Of a stretch of 51,537 bases of DNA, positions 34,269 to 46,000 are shown piece by piece (the first letter of the stretch is position 1; the number at the start of each line of letters is the position of its first letter). The notes under the pieces were generated by a model. It did no database searches. It was not told where the DNA came from and was given only the letters and a program-made list of their open reading frames with translations. The stretch covers positions 1 to 51,537 of IMG/VR virus record IMGVR_UViG_3300045988_148326; one strand, given 5' to 3'. This DNA comes from a virus. The position numbers and the translations under genes were made by a program.

Positions 34269-34900
34269 AGGAAAACTCAGTACAAATAAGATTTAAGGAA
34301 GACCCTGTATTGCTTGATAAGATATTACAGGATATGCAAAAGTCACTTATGAACAGACTTAAGTGGCTTAATTATGCATTTGGTAGAGCATATAAGCTCG
34401 TAGAACACAGGCCAGACGGTAATAAGTTTATATACCCTGCAATGTATAATGGCAACGGAGAATATGTGTCGCTTTTACCAAATGATAACTTTGGCAATTT
34501 TTCATGGTTTGATATTTATGACCCACAAAAGATTACTGAAGTAGTTCAATCATTGCCACAATACACTTTCAGCGGGGCCATTATATTCTGGTATGACCTT
34601 AGTAGCATTTATGAAGATGAAACTGTTATGCATACAGAAGAAGTAAAAGATGAAATTATGCGAGTATTAACTACTCCGGGTCTTATTACTACGACTGGTA
34701 AGCTTGTTATAAATGATATATATGAGCGCTTTGAAAATATATACAAAGGCTATTCAATAGAGAAAATCTATAATAACTATACTTATAAAGGAGAAGGTAT
34801 ACAAGATATTGATAAACAATTCTTTATGTACCCTTATGCAGGAATACGAATTGAATTTACTTTAACAACTAGAGAATTATGTCAACGGTATATTTTATAA
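34265..34900 (+). CDS. Hypothetical neck/tail protein
   Basis: 211-aa ORF with ATGA coupling to the upstream gene. Confidence 0.5.
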   Translation: MKENSVQIRFKEDPVLLDKILQDMQKSLMNRLKWLNYAFGRAYKLVEHRPDGNKFIYPAMYNGNGEYVSLLPNDNFGNFSWFDIYDPQKITEVVQSLPQYTFSGAIIFWYDLSSIYEDETVMHTEEVKDEIMRVLTTPGLITTTGKLVINDIYERFENIYKGYSIEKIYNNYTYKGEGIQDIDKQFFMYPYAGIRIEFTLTTRELCQRYIL

Positions 34901-35151
34901 CAATGCTTTCGGCTTTAATATATATAGCCTTAGCAGCAGCATTTGCTATTTTGCTAATTGGAAAACTCGGTGTGCGCGATGAGATAATCACCAGAGCTCC
35001 TAAGCTTATTTCTCAATTATTTGATTGTGACTTTTGCTTAAGCTTTTGGACGTCGCTTATTCTCGCTATCATTCTCGCTATTTTCTTTAACGAGATGAGT
35101 ATTATATTTATTCCTATCATATCAACCCCTATAACGCGAATTTTAATATGA
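34879..35151 (+). CDS. Small three-TM membrane protein embedded in the tail-morphogenesis module
   Basis: FITMLSALIYIALAAAFAILLIG, CLSFWTSLILAIILAIFF and IIFIPIISTPI hydrophobic segments. Confidence 0.5.
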   Translation: MSTVYFITMLSALIYIALAAAFAILLIGKLGVRDEIITRAPKLISQLFDCDFCLSFWTSLILAIILAIFFNEMSIIFIPIISTPITRILI

Positions 35152-35921
35152 AAAACCTGATAGTAAATAAAAAAGTCGTACGGGTATATGACAGCATAGA
35201 TGAAATGCCCATTGTAAATTTCCAGAAGTACAATAAGTATTTGCTTATAGACTCTGGAATTGGCTCAGACGCAGATGATATTGATGCTCATATAACTCGT
35301 GTTGCCAAATTCATTAAAAGTAATAATGCCAAAAAAGCTTTGCAAGAACTGCAAAACATGAGGCAAAATATGTATATGGTGAACAATGAAATTTCACCGA
35401 GGTACTTAGCTTTTGCAGCTCTTATCCACAGCATAGACGGTGAAGAAGTTAATGATTTGTCAGACGATGGACTTAAAAACATATTGGCCAGGCTTAAAGA
35501 AATAAAGCATTCAAAGGTTATAGACTTTTTGACTTGGCTTAAAAAAAAAGTAACCACTGAACTTGAAATGTACTTTCCAGGAGATTTTGTAAATCCAAAG
35601 GAAAAAGATGCATACGATAAGTTAAAGCAAAGAACACTTCTTGTGTTGGACTCTATGATAAATGACACAGATAACTCTGAACAGATAGAAACCATAGATA
35701 TGATAATGCTTAATATGCATTCTCCAAAATCATACATAGGAAGTGAGTCTGTTGAAATAAAATATGATAAGCAGTTTGAAAGTACTTGCCTTTTGATAGC
35801 TCAAAAAACAAGTATGGATGCTAAAAATATGACAGTACTTCAATTCTATAATGCTGTTGATAATATAAAACAGCAATTAGAAGCAGAAAGCAAGAGTGTT
35901 AAACGGCATAAAAGGAAATAA
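35148..35921 (+). CDS. Hypothetical protein immediately upstream of the tape measure (tail assembly chaperone position)
   Basis: 257 aa. Assigned by synteny only; no slippery site identified. Confidence 0.45.
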   Translation: MKNLIVNKKVVRVYDSIDEMPIVNFQKYNKYLLIDSGIGSDADDIDAHITRVAKFIKSNNAKKALQELQNMRQNMYMVNNEISPRYLAFAALIHSIDGEEVNDLSDDGLKNILARLKEIKHSKVIDFLTWLKKKVTTELEMYFPGDFVNPKEKDAYDKLKQRTLLVLDSMINDTDNSEQIETIDMIMLNMHSPKSYIGSESVEIKYDKQFESTCLLIAQKTSMDAKNMTVLQFYNAVDNIKQQLEAESKSVKRHKRK

Positions 35922-35923
35922 TT

Positions 35924-38900
35924 ATGGCTGGAGACGATAAGATAAAATATAGCGATATAATTGAGCCGGATGACTCGATTGAAAAGCTTGTCAAACAACT
36001 TGGCGAGCTCAATCAGTCATACGAGACAATGGTAAATGCTATCAGGGCAGGTGCAGATAGGATTGTGCATTCTCTTAAATCTGCTAGTGGAGCTACAAGT
36101 GAAGGGCGTAAAGCTATTGATGAAGCAACAGCATCTACGTCAAGACTTGAAAGAGCTCAGAATGAGCTTAAATTAGCTTTATCTGATACAGGTAAACAGA
36201 TTGCTTGGCTTAAAGCACAAACTTCAGATGCTAATAGAGCAACTGTAGAGCAGCAGCGTTATATCCAGCAAGCTATATCTTCTTATGACCGTCTTAAGTC
36301 TGACCTAAAGCAAACAGTTGAGCTATATAAGTCTTTAACTGCGGCTGAAAGAGCAGATAGCGAAATGGGGCAACAGCTACTCAATAATATTCTTAATTTG
36401 AAAAATCAGATTAAGGCCCTTGATGACCAAATGAAGCCTCATATCCAAACTCTGTCTGAAGTAGAAAAGGCGGAGCAAAGATTAGCTTATTTACAGTCAG
36501 ATGAAGGTAAAAGATTACTTGAGTTAAAAGCTAAGATTGCTGAGCTTACTTCTGCTAGAAAACAGCAGAAAGCTACAGTAGACCCATTAGCTCAGGCTCA
36601 AGAGAAACTTGCGTATGCTCAGTCAGAAGAAAATCAGCAGCTTAAACTCTATTCAACTCAAATACGAGAAGCAAATCAGATTGCTCAATTACAAGCTACA
36701 ATTGCTAATTCTGCAGAAGGTTCTTATAATAGACTTTCAGCTCAATATGCATTAAATAAAATACGACTTAATCAGATGTCTGCAGCTGAGAGAGAAGCTG
36801 CTGACTCTGGTAAAAAGCTTGAAGCTGAAACAAATGCAATTTATCAGCAAATGATAAAATTGCAAGAAGCAACAGGTAATTATAGATTGTCTGTAGGCCA
36901 TTACCAAAAAACATGGGATGGCTTAGGTATTTCTATTTCTCAAGTAGTACGAGAATTACCTGCTGCAGCTGTATCGCTTAATACATTCTTCTTAGGTATA
37001 TCGAATAATATACCTATGGTAGTCGATGAAATTAACAGATTACGCGCTCAGAATAAACTTTTACAAGCAGAAGGTAAAGCAACTGTAAACGTAACAAGCT
37101 CAATAGTTAAAGCTTTGTTTAGCTGGAATACTGTGCTTGTTATATTACTTACTGTATTTTCCATGTTTGGCAAACAGATTATAACGTGGGTTGGTAATCT
37201 TTTCAAAGCAAAAAATGCTGTTATATCTACAACTGAGGCTCTTGATAATATAGCTAAAGAACTTGAAGATACTAATAATAGCTACGGTAATAACATTGTA
37301 AAACTAAAACAGCTACAACAGGAATGGAAAAATCTTGAAACTACTGCTAAAAAAGACCAGTGGATTAAAGATAACAAATCTAATTTTGACCAGCTTGGAG
37401 TATCTGTTAATAATGTAACAGATGCTGAAAATGTATTTGTAGATAATACTGAAGCTGTAATCAATGCTCTTAAATTAAGAGCTAAAGCCGCCGCTGCTCA
37501 AAAGTTAGCCGCAGATGAATATGAAAAAGCTTTAATCGCTAGAAATAAGGCAGAAACAGAAGCAGGTAAAGGCCCATCAGGTTGGGATAAATTCAAAAAC
37601 TGGTGGGTGCAAACAAGTTTACGAGCCACCGATGAATATGGCATGAGCCCATCTGCAGCTAATTTACAAGTAGCTGACCAAGTATCTGCAGAAGATTTTA
37701 GGCAACAAAGAATTAAAGACCTTAACGATGAAGCAGATGCTGCAGAGAAAACAGGAGATGCATACTTTGACTTAGCAGCTGGATATGAAAAAGCTGCTAA
37801 AGCTCAACTTGAAGCTGCTGGCATAGAAGGAAAGCATAAAACTACAAAAACGCCGCGTGATTTAACTCGTACTATAAACCAGAATGATATAAAAATACAA
37901 AGAGAGTACGAGGAAAGCGTAACTGAATTACTTAAAGATGAATATGCTAAAAGGCGTAAAGCTGCAGCTGACCAGGTTCAGGATGAAAATAATAAGCTTC
38001 GTGAGATGTATCGTCTTAATGAAGAATATGTTAAAAATGTAGATGGAAAATATAAAAAACTTACTGAGGACCAAAAGAAACAAATTGATAGGCAGCAAGA
38101 GCTTATAACTAAGACTATTGCTAATAATTTACGAGCATTAGACCTTCAGTTACAACAAATTCAGAATGAGCAAAAAGTTGCTTCTTTGCAGACGCAGCGT
38201 AATACTATAAATCCTACTGATACTAGCGCAGCAACTGAAGCAGCTCAAAATCAAGAGTCTACTGTAACTACCAATGTAGTAGTTACGCGCGATGCTTCTC
38301 AAATGGAAGCCTCATTAGTAGAAGAGCGCAAACTCATGGAAGAAAATCTTGATTTGGAATATGCTTTGATACTTGATACTAATAAGAGATTATTAGAAGC
38401 AGGAGATAACCAAGCTCGTTCTGAAGAAGAAATACTTATTGAGCTCAACAAGAAAAAACTTGAGCTGTGGAGTGAGTATGACCAGAAAATCTTAGATGCA
38501 AGAGAGCGTGATATTGAAAATCAGCTTGAACTTGTTAAAAAAGGCAGTGAAGATGAACTTAATCTGCTACTTCAGCAAAATGAAGTACGTAGACAATTAG
38601 CTTTAGCACAAAATGCTGCTAAACCTGCAGAACAGCAAGTAAGTACCTCTGTAATAAATGCACAGTTTGATAAGTCTGCAGCTCAAACTAAAGGGTCATT
38701 CCAAATGACCAGCTTTGATGAACAACAAGCTCTTGACGAGGCTGTATTTAATGAAGTTAAACGCAGTGAAACTGAGATAACTCGATTTAAGCTTGAACAA
38801 GAAAAAGCCAGATGGCAAGAACAGATAAGACTTGCTGAGTCTGGTGGACTTGATTGGAGTCAAGCCCAAATAGATGCTGCTAAATCTACCGTAAAAGGAA

Positions 38901-39847
38901 TAGACCGTGAATTATCTGAGCTTGATAACTTCATAATGAATATTGGCAAAAAAGGTTTAGGCGGTACTTTGCTTGAGAAACTTGGCTTTGATGACGACCA
39001 GATTGATGCTCTAAAAGATGCTGTAAATATAGTAATAGAACAGCTTCAATCCATTATGGATGCTGAAGTTGAATTGGCTGAACAAGCTGTAGAAGCAGCT
39101 GAAGCTCGAGTAGAGGCTGCACAAAAAGCTTACGATGCAGAAGTAGAAGCAAGAAATAATGGATATGCTAACAATGTAGCAACAGCTAAAAAAGAACTTG
39201 AACAAGAAAAGAAAAACCAGCAAGAAAAACAGAAAATGCTTGCTGCTGCCCAAAAGCGTCAAGAAAATCTTAATACTGTAATTCAAGCATCTTCACTTAT
39301 TACTGCTTCTGCTAATTTATGGAGCTCATTCTCTTCAATACCTATCGTCGGCCCAGCCCTTGCATTGGCTGCTATTGCTACGATGTGGACCTCATTTGCT
39401 GTTGCGAAAGTTAAAGCTAAGCAGGTAACCGCAAGTCAATCAGAAGAATATGGTGAAGGTGGTCTTGAGTTCTTGGAAGGAGGTTCTCACGCATCAGGTA
39501 ATGACATCGATTTGGGTGTAGAGAATAAAAAGAAGCGTCGTATGAAAGCTGAAGGTGGTGAGGCTCTTGCTATCATTAATAAGCAAAGAACAAGAAAATA
39601 TCGTAAGATACTACCAGATGTAATAGATAGCTTCAACAAAGGAACATTCGAAGATAAGTACTTAAATGCATTTGGTAATTCTGATAGGCTAAATATTTCT
39701 CTCAATTCTAATAATAGTATTGACCTCTCTAAAATTGAGGATGATGTGCGAAGCATTAGAAAGCAGAATGAAACAAGGTATTATACTATGCCAGATGGAA
39801 CTGTTATAATGCAACATAGGAATGTTAAACGTATAATTAAAAACTAA
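35924..39847 (+). CDS. Tape measure protein
   Basis: 1307 aa, long coiled coils, internal hydrophobic segments (NTVLVILLTVFSMFG; IPIVGPALALAAIATMWTSFAVA). Lies upstream of the distal tail genes. Confidence 0.85.
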   Translation: MAGDDKIKYSDIIEPDDSIEKLVKQLGELNQSYETMVNAIRAGADRIVHSLKSASGATSEGRKAIDEATASTSRLERAQNELKLALSDTGKQIAWLKAQTSDANRATVEQQRYIQQAISSYDRLKSDLKQTVELYKSLTAAERADSEMGQQLLNNILNLKNQIKALDDQMKPHIQTLSEVEKAEQRLAYLQSDEGKRLLELKAKIAELTSARKQQKATVDPLAQAQEKLAYAQSEENQQLKLYSTQIREANQIAQLQATIANSAEGSYNRLSAQYALNKIRLNQMSAAEREAADSGKKLEAETNAIYQQMIKLQEATGNYRLSVGHYQKTWDGLGISISQVVRELPAAAVSLNTFFLGISNNIPMVVDEINRLRAQNKLLQAEGKATVNVTSSIVKALFSWNTVLVILLTVFSMFGKQIITWVGNLFKAKNAVISTTEALDNIAKELEDTNNSYGNNIVKLKQLQQEWKNLETTAKKDQWIKDNKSNFDQLGVSVNNVTDAENVFVDNTEAVINALKLRAKAAAAQKLAADEYEKALIARNKAETEAGKGPSGWDKFKNWWVQTSLRATDEYGMSPSAANLQVADQVSAEDFRQQRIKDLNDEADAAEKTGDAYFDLAAGYEKAAKAQLEAAGIEGKHKTTKTPRDLTRTINQNDIKIQREYEESVTELLKDEYAKRRKAAADQVQDENNKLREMYRLNEEYVKNVDGKYKKLTEDQKKQIDRQQELITKTIANNLRALDLQLQQIQNEQKVASLQTQRNTINPTDTSAATEAAQNQESTVTTNVVVTRDASQMEASLVEERKLMEENLDLEYALILDTNKRLLEAGDNQARSEEEILIELNKKKLELWSEYDQKILDARERDIENQLELVKKGSEDELNLLLQQNEVRRQLALAQNAAKPAEQQVSTSVINAQFDKSAAQTKGSFQMTSFDEQQALDEAVFNEVKRSETEITRFKLEQEKARWQEQIRLAESGGLDWSQAQIDAAKSTVKGIDRELSELDNFIMNIGKKGLGGTLLEKLGFDDDQIDALKDAVNIVIEQLQSIMDAEVELAEQAVEAAEARVEAAQKAYDAEVEARNNGYANNVATAKKELEQEKKNQQEKQKMLAAAQKRQENLNTVIQASSLITASANLWSSFSSIPIVGPALALAAIATMWTSFAVAKVKAKQVTASQSEEYGEGGLEFLEGGSHASGNDIDLGVENKKKRRMKAEGGEALAIINKQRTRKYRKILPDVIDSFNKGTFEDKYLNAFGNSDRLNISLNSNNSIDLSKIEDDVRSIRKQNETRYYTMPDGTVIMQHRNVKRIIKN

Positions 39848-39852
39848 AAGAT

Positions 39853-42090
39853 ATGATACCTCCAAAATATAAATTCTACATATCAAAGAATGATGGTGAT
39901 AAAGTAGAAGTAAGACCTCATTACAAAGAGCTTAATAAGAAATATGCAAAAGAAAGTGGCCAAGAATTTTTCCGCATTTCGTTAGATGGAAAAATAAACT
40001 TATTTGGTAGTGATTATGAAATAATAAGCCAATCAAACATAGAAGACCAACTTATTTTTATAGTAGATAAATATAATAATACTTCCAAAAAATGGGTTGA
40101 ATATTACAGAGGCGAATTTAGTAAGACTGATTGTAAATTTGACCATGATAAGAAGAAATGTGAACTTAAAACTACAGCTGTAGATGGATATACTGAGGTT
40201 ATGAACAAGTATGAAAATACTTATGACCTTATAAAGCTTGCTCCTGAAATATCAAAAATAAACTTGCATAAACGCTCACTCATGCAAGTTTATGTCCGTG
40301 GTGCCAATTCTATAACTAATTTCTTCGGTGGTACCTATTGGGAAGATGATGTGAATGAAAGTATAGATGACAATGCTGCGCTTATAAATAACTTCTATTT
40401 TTCCTATATAAAATCTGGTAATGAATTTTACATAGAAAATTCTAACGAAGCAGGTGTTAATGGCGTATATGCCGGAACTAATGGTTATTATAGCAACTGG
40501 AATGGCTATACTTGCTATTTAGAGAAAAATCCTGATGCTCAACCACCATTTACAGATGTAAGCTACTTTATTATGATAAAAAGAAATTCAGATAATAAAG
40601 TACTATATAAATCTGAAACAGCTGTTAATATCGATGATGAAACGCTGTTTTCAGAAGACCGAGATTACACTAATGATAAACACTTAAGATATACCTCTAA
40701 ACTAATAGATGTGGAAAATGCTAAAAACTCATGTACTATAAGTAATTTGTTTACATATAGAATATATAGGCGCTTACTTTGTGATGTAGATACTGTAGAA
40801 GACTCAGAAGGTGTTAAAAATACCTATAATTTACCATCAGATGATTTTGTCACTGATAATAGAAACTATAAAAAATGTATTGGCTTAAAAGGAGGTTTAT
40901 TCTTTTGTACTTCTAGAGCAGTAGATGAGCCAACAAAATATGGTCTAAATGATTACGGACAGTATTTTACTAACCAGTTTATTCCTAGTAGTACAGGTTT
41001 AGGAAGACCTTTACCTATTAGCAAAAATTCATGGGCAAATGCTTCACTGTGGTATATATATGATAGTTTTTATGAATATTTTGAAGAAAAATTAAGAAAA
41101 CAGTATGTATTAAAAGATAGTTATTCTATTGGCGCGGCCATAAAGGCTATTCTCAAGAAAATAGACCCTACATTATCACATGAGCCAACACCTGAATACA
41201 GCCAATTCTTATACGGAAGTTCTAATCCATTAGGAATGAAAAGATTTTATGTATATATAACACAAAAAACCAATATATTAAAAGGCAATTATGACCAGCC
41301 CGCTCAGAAAGCTGAAACTTCACTCGAAGAGCTTATGAAAATGTTGCGTGATTGCTTTAGATGTTATTGGTATATTGAAGACAATAAATTCAAAATAGAG
41401 CACGTATACTTCTTTATGAATGGTGGAAGCTATTCTAGTAGGTCAAGCTATCAGCTTGATTTTACTAAACTTACAGACCAATTTAATAAGAAGCTATCAT
41501 CATATTTTCAATCAGAAGTAGAATATGATAAAACAGACCTAAATCAGCGATACGAATTTGGTTGGATGGACGATGTAACCGATTTGTTTGGTGGTGTAAC
41601 CATTGATGTGAAATCTAATTATATACAAAAAGATAAAACAGAAGAAATAAACATTGGACAGTTTTCATCTGATGTGGATTATATGTTATTTAATCCAACA
41701 AACTTTTCAGAAGACGGTTTTGCACTTTTATGTCCTGTAAAAAATGGTTCACTACTTGAATTACCAATTCTTACTATAAATGGTCTTATTGATGAAAATG
41801 GCGATAGTTATAAAGCTATAGCACAAAACTGGTATGCATCGTGGATATATTTACAAAATATGTATATGTGGGATATGCCAGCATCAAATTTAGAGTCTAA
41901 TGTAATTGGAAATATATACGCAAGAGATATTAAAAAATGCATGAAACACACTATAGAATTTCCTACAGAAGAAGACCCAGACGAACTAGAGCTTATTAAA
42001 ACAACGTTTGGAAACGGCAAAATAGATGAAATATCTATTAGTTTAGATACAAGAATCGCTAAAGTAAATCTGCTTTACAGGCCGGAGTGA
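39853..42090 (+). CDS. Distal tail / baseplate protein
   Basis: 745-aa ORF directly after the tape measure. Confidence 0.55.
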   Translation: MIPPKYKFYISKNDGDKVEVRPHYKELNKKYAKESGQEFFRISLDGKINLFGSDYEIISQSNIEDQLIFIVDKYNNTSKKWVEYYRGEFSKTDCKFDHDKKKCELKTTAVDGYTEVMNKYENTYDLIKLAPEISKINLHKRSLMQVYVRGANSITNFFGGTYWEDDVNESIDDNAALINNFYFSYIKSGNEFYIENSNEAGVNGVYAGTNGYYSNWNGYTCYLEKNPDAQPPFTDVSYFIMIKRNSDNKVLYKSETAVNIDDETLFSEDRDYTNDKHLRYTSKLIDVENAKNSCTISNLFTYRIYRRLLCDVDTVEDSEGVKNTYNLPSDDFVTDNRNYKKCIGLKGGLFFCTSRAVDEPTKYGLNDYGQYFTNQFIPSSTGLGRPLPISKNSWANASLWYIYDSFYEYFEEKLRKQYVLKDSYSIGAAIKAILKKIDPTLSHEPTPEYSQFLYGSSNPLGMKRFYVYITQKTNILKGNYDQPAQKAETSLEELMKMLRDCFRCYWYIEDNKFKIEHVYFFMNGGSYSSRSSYQLDFTKLTDQFNKKLSSYFQSEVEYDKTDLNQRYEFGWMDDVTDLFGGVTIDVKSNYIQKDKTEEINIGQFSSDVDYMLFNPTNFSEDGFALLCPVKNGSLLELPILTINGLIDENGDSYKAIAQNWYASWIYLQNMYMWDMPASNLESNVIGNIYARDIKKCMKHTIEFPTEEDPDELELIKTTFGNGKIDEISISLDTRIAKVNLLYRPE

Positions 42091-42151
42091 TGCTTATGTT
42101 AAATACGTTAGAAAATTTTTATATATTATTTATAATCACTAAATTTACAGC

Positions 42152-43006
42152 ATGAAGTTAGTAAATAATAACATATCGCCACTACCTTTTTATGATAATA
42201 TTGCTCTGCAAAATCATCGTAAAGATTATGCGTATGGTCAGGTTTATCCGCTTATAACCTATAAGAATATGCTATTACCATTTCAAGTAGTTTTAGCTAG
42301 TGGAACATCAGTGAATTGGGTTAGACTATATGACTTTAATACTGGTAAATACACTTATATAACTACCAGTATGAAAGAAAATGGTCTAACTATTAAGTCA
42401 TTCACAGGTTTTAAGCTGTTAAAATACCCAGGTACTTTACCTATAGTTGAAATAAAGCATGAAGGCTTATATTACTTAGCTATTAATATAAGTGGCTTAG
42501 GTATTATATATTCAGATTTATTTACAGTAACTAATAGAGTATCAGATTATTTGCTTATTGAATATAGCAACTCATATAATTTTGAGCTCAAAAATGGCAT
42601 TGTAGATTTTTCTGACAATTTTGCTTTTAAGTGTTATCTTAATACGCAAGTAGGCAAGCCGGAATATGACTTTGAAGAAGAGGCCACTGAGCGAATGGGC
42701 TATACTTTCATTGAAAGTCAAGTAAGCAAAAAGATATATAAATTTGTATTCTTAGCACCTGAATATCTATGTGATGCTCTTAGGATTGTAAGGCTGTGCA
42801 ATAATAAGCAAATTACTAGCAGGTTGCAGACCTATGATTTAACTACATTTAATATGGAGCCCGAATGGGAAGACCAAGGAGATTTAGCTTCAGTTGAGTG
42901 TGAATTTGAAACGGACACTGTCATAGCTAATATAGGAGGTTATACTCCAGAATTAGCTGGCGGAGATTTTAATAGTGATTTTAACAATGACTTTAATAAC
43001 GAATAA
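42152..43006 (+). CDS. Tail/baseplate protein ending in tandem DFNx tetrapeptides
   Basis: 284 aa. The C-terminus is GGDFNSDFNNDFNNE (42965..43003). Confidence 0.5.
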   Translation: MKLVNNNISPLPFYDNIALQNHRKDYAYGQVYPLITYKNMLLPFQVVLASGTSVNWVRLYDFNTGKYTYITTSMKENGLTIKSFTGFKLLKYPGTLPIVEIKHEGLYYLAINISGLGIIYSDLFTVTNRVSDYLLIEYSNSYNFELKNGIVDFSDNFAFKCYLNTQVGKPEYDFEEEATERMGYTFIESQVSKKIYKFVFLAPEYLCDALRIVRLCNNKQITSRLQTYDLTTFNMEPEWEDQGDLASVECEFETDTVIANIGGYTPELAGGDFNSDFNNDFNNE

Positions 43007-43008
43007 TT

Positions 43009-46000
43009 ATGGCAAATTGGAGCAACTTAAAAGCTGCGGTTGCTGAAGTTATAAAGACTAATAGCAATCAAGAAATAACGGGAGCAGTTTTACAAAATGT
43101 CCTTAATAATATTATTAGCAATGTGGGGGAAAACGCATCTTTTGCGGGTGTAGCAACCCCCAGCACAAACCCTGGCACACCTGATGGTAATGTATTTTAT
43201 TTTGCCATACAGCCAGGGATATATTCAAATTTTGGCAGTGTTACGTTAACTGAAGGATTAAATATATTATTATGGAATGGCTCAATATGGTCAGCTGATA
43301 ATTTAACTAAATCATTATTAAATAATATAAATAGTAACACGGGTGTGGACGATTACCCGGTTTTCAGCACGTCGGAGGCTTATTCCAAAGGCAAAGTCGT
43401 AAACTATAACGGGAAACTATATAAATTCACGGCTGACCACGCCGCAGGAGCGTGGATAGGAACGGATGTAGAACCATATAATTTGAAAAAGGATATAGAA
43501 GAAAGATATGGTACATACACAGACAGTCCCGAATTTATCCGTGTCTACACCGATGCTGAAGGCAAATTCCTTTGGGGAATAAGGGTTGACGGTTCTATTG
43601 AGTGGGCGAAAGGTGTGCCGACACCGATACAGAATGCACTGAAAGAGCTTGCCGACAAGATAAAAGACGCGATAGACGTTATCAACGCTTCGCTGAAAAC
43701 GCTGACCGACACGTTCAGCTACCAGGACAATCCCGAATTTGTCAATGTTGTCACCGACGCTGAGGGGAAAGTTTTGTTCGGTATAAAAGAAGATGGCAAG
43801 CCGTATTTCCCTAAGAACACAATGTACAGCGTTGAAAGCAACCAAGAGTTCTTGGCGGCATGGCTTGACGCAGCAGGGCACGTTCTGTTCGGACTGCGGA
43901 CGGATGGCAGCACATACGTTGCAAAGGCGGACTTCATCGAGAAAATTGAGAAGATACAACAACTCCTGAAAGACAATGGTATAGGTGACTTCAATAACAC
44001 GTTCAGTATCATCAGTAATGATGAATGGCTTCATGCAGTTGTGGATTCTGAAAATAAATTGTTATTTGGAATCAGAGCAAAAGATGGTAAGGTAGTAATG
44101 CCTAAGCAAGACACATATAATATCATCAGTAATGATGAGTGGCTTGCTGCATGGGTTGATAAGTCAGACAAACTTTTGTTTGGTGTTAAAGCAGACGGTA
44201 CATTTTGGGCTGCAAAATCAAACTTTGCCGGAGGCGGAAACTATGATGAGCAGATAGCCCAACTAAACGAGAAAATTCAGCAGCTTAAAGACCAAATCCA
44301 AGCCACTGCAAGTGATGTATTCTTTGTAATTGACGATGCAGAAGAAAGGCTTGCAGTTACAACTGATAAAGACGAAAGAATTATTTCTTACAGAGATAAG
44401 GACGGTGTGCTGCATGAGAAGAAAGGTGTTGACACCTCAAAATACTATCTGAACGGTGAGGAAAAGGACTTCACGGACAGAAGCGAGATTGCAGGCGAAG
44501 TAACAAAAGCCGCAGAGAATGGTGCCGTAAAGCTGGAAAATGTGGAGGGCGTAAGTAATCATAATACACCTAACTTGCTTATTGCTTCTGAAATGGAAAA
44601 GACATTTAATGATGGAACTAATAGTTTTACTCCACCGAATGAAGGTTACGAAATGTCTAATCCTATTGAATGTCAGGCCGGGGATTGGTTTACAAGAACA
44701 GGTATTGCTACTGGTATGGTTGTTGTTACTGATGCAGAGGATAAGAATGGTACAAGACTTTTCAATGCTGATGGTACTACTTTGGGTAATACATTCCAGA
44801 TACCTAAAGATATGACTTGGGTAAGGTATATTCGTATGGCTGCGCAAGTAAGTGCAGCAGAAGACGGTTCTGTTGTTATTTGTAAAGGAAAGTATGCTTA
44901 TATAGGTAATGATAAAGGTGATTTCTTAACTGCGTCTAAATTAAGAATAGAAAGAAGAAATTTATCTAATGATGTTGCGTATATTAAGTCAGAAGATGGC
45001 ACAAAATTTTATAAATTGTATGTAGATGCTTCTGGAACTCTTAAAACAAAAGAAATTGACCCAGATGTAATTCCTGAAAATGAATATCCTACTAATTGGC
45101 TTCCCGTAACATTTAGCGGTAGTTTTGAAGATTATTGTGATAGGATTCCTATTTGCACAAAAAATTATCTGATGGATATTAAAGCTACTGGCCCTGTGAA
45201 AATATATACATTCGATAATCAATTAACCGATATGTATAATAATTTCGAGCATTTTTATAATTCAACGGGTGAAGGAAGATATGGAATAATTCTATTCCAA
45301 GTACCCACAGGGTATAAGTCAGGATTCTTTTTGTTTGATGAAGATTTCAACATATTGGAAAACATACGTAGTGTTGGAGATATGCACGATTTTGTCTATA
45401 TAGATGACGACCATTTAATATTCTTCACAAATTATCTTACTACGGTTAATGGTGGAGGTGTTGAGAATGCTAAAATTTATGTTGTTCATGTTACAGAAAT
45501 GAAAAAGATAAATGGAGAATGGAAGACTATCGGCACCTTTAACCAAGAAGATTATCCAAAACTTTGTACCGATTGCTACGGTGATTTAGGTGGAACAGAA
45601 GGAGGACATATTAATACTATCGGACTTGACTATGATGGAAACTTAATTATAAATCAAAGGAACTGGGATACATTCTTTAAAATAAAAAGAACCGAAAATC
45701 CTGACGGGACAGTAACAATAGGAAGTAAAACTCTTGATTATGATGAAGCTATTATAGGTAGGGTTGGAGGCAGACATAATTCTGCTTATCTTGACAGTAA
45801 AAGAGTTCTTAACGAAGGATTCTCATTTACAGATGTTCCTTCTTCACTCAGTGATGTTTCTTCTGACGATTGGGAAGAATGGCAGTGGTTCCATTGCCAT
45901 GATGTCAAGTATTGGGGTAAGAAGAATATTGATGGAGTTGATTATCCTACTTACACTTTGTTCGATAATAATTATTGGACTGGAGCTACTCATGTTTCAG

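Noticed and set aside
43522-44427. Diversity-generating retroelement targeting the fibre repeats
   Set aside because: There is no reverse transcriptase ORF anywhere in the genome, and I could not find a near-identical non-coding template repeat. The repeats differ at all codon positions, not specifically at adenines.
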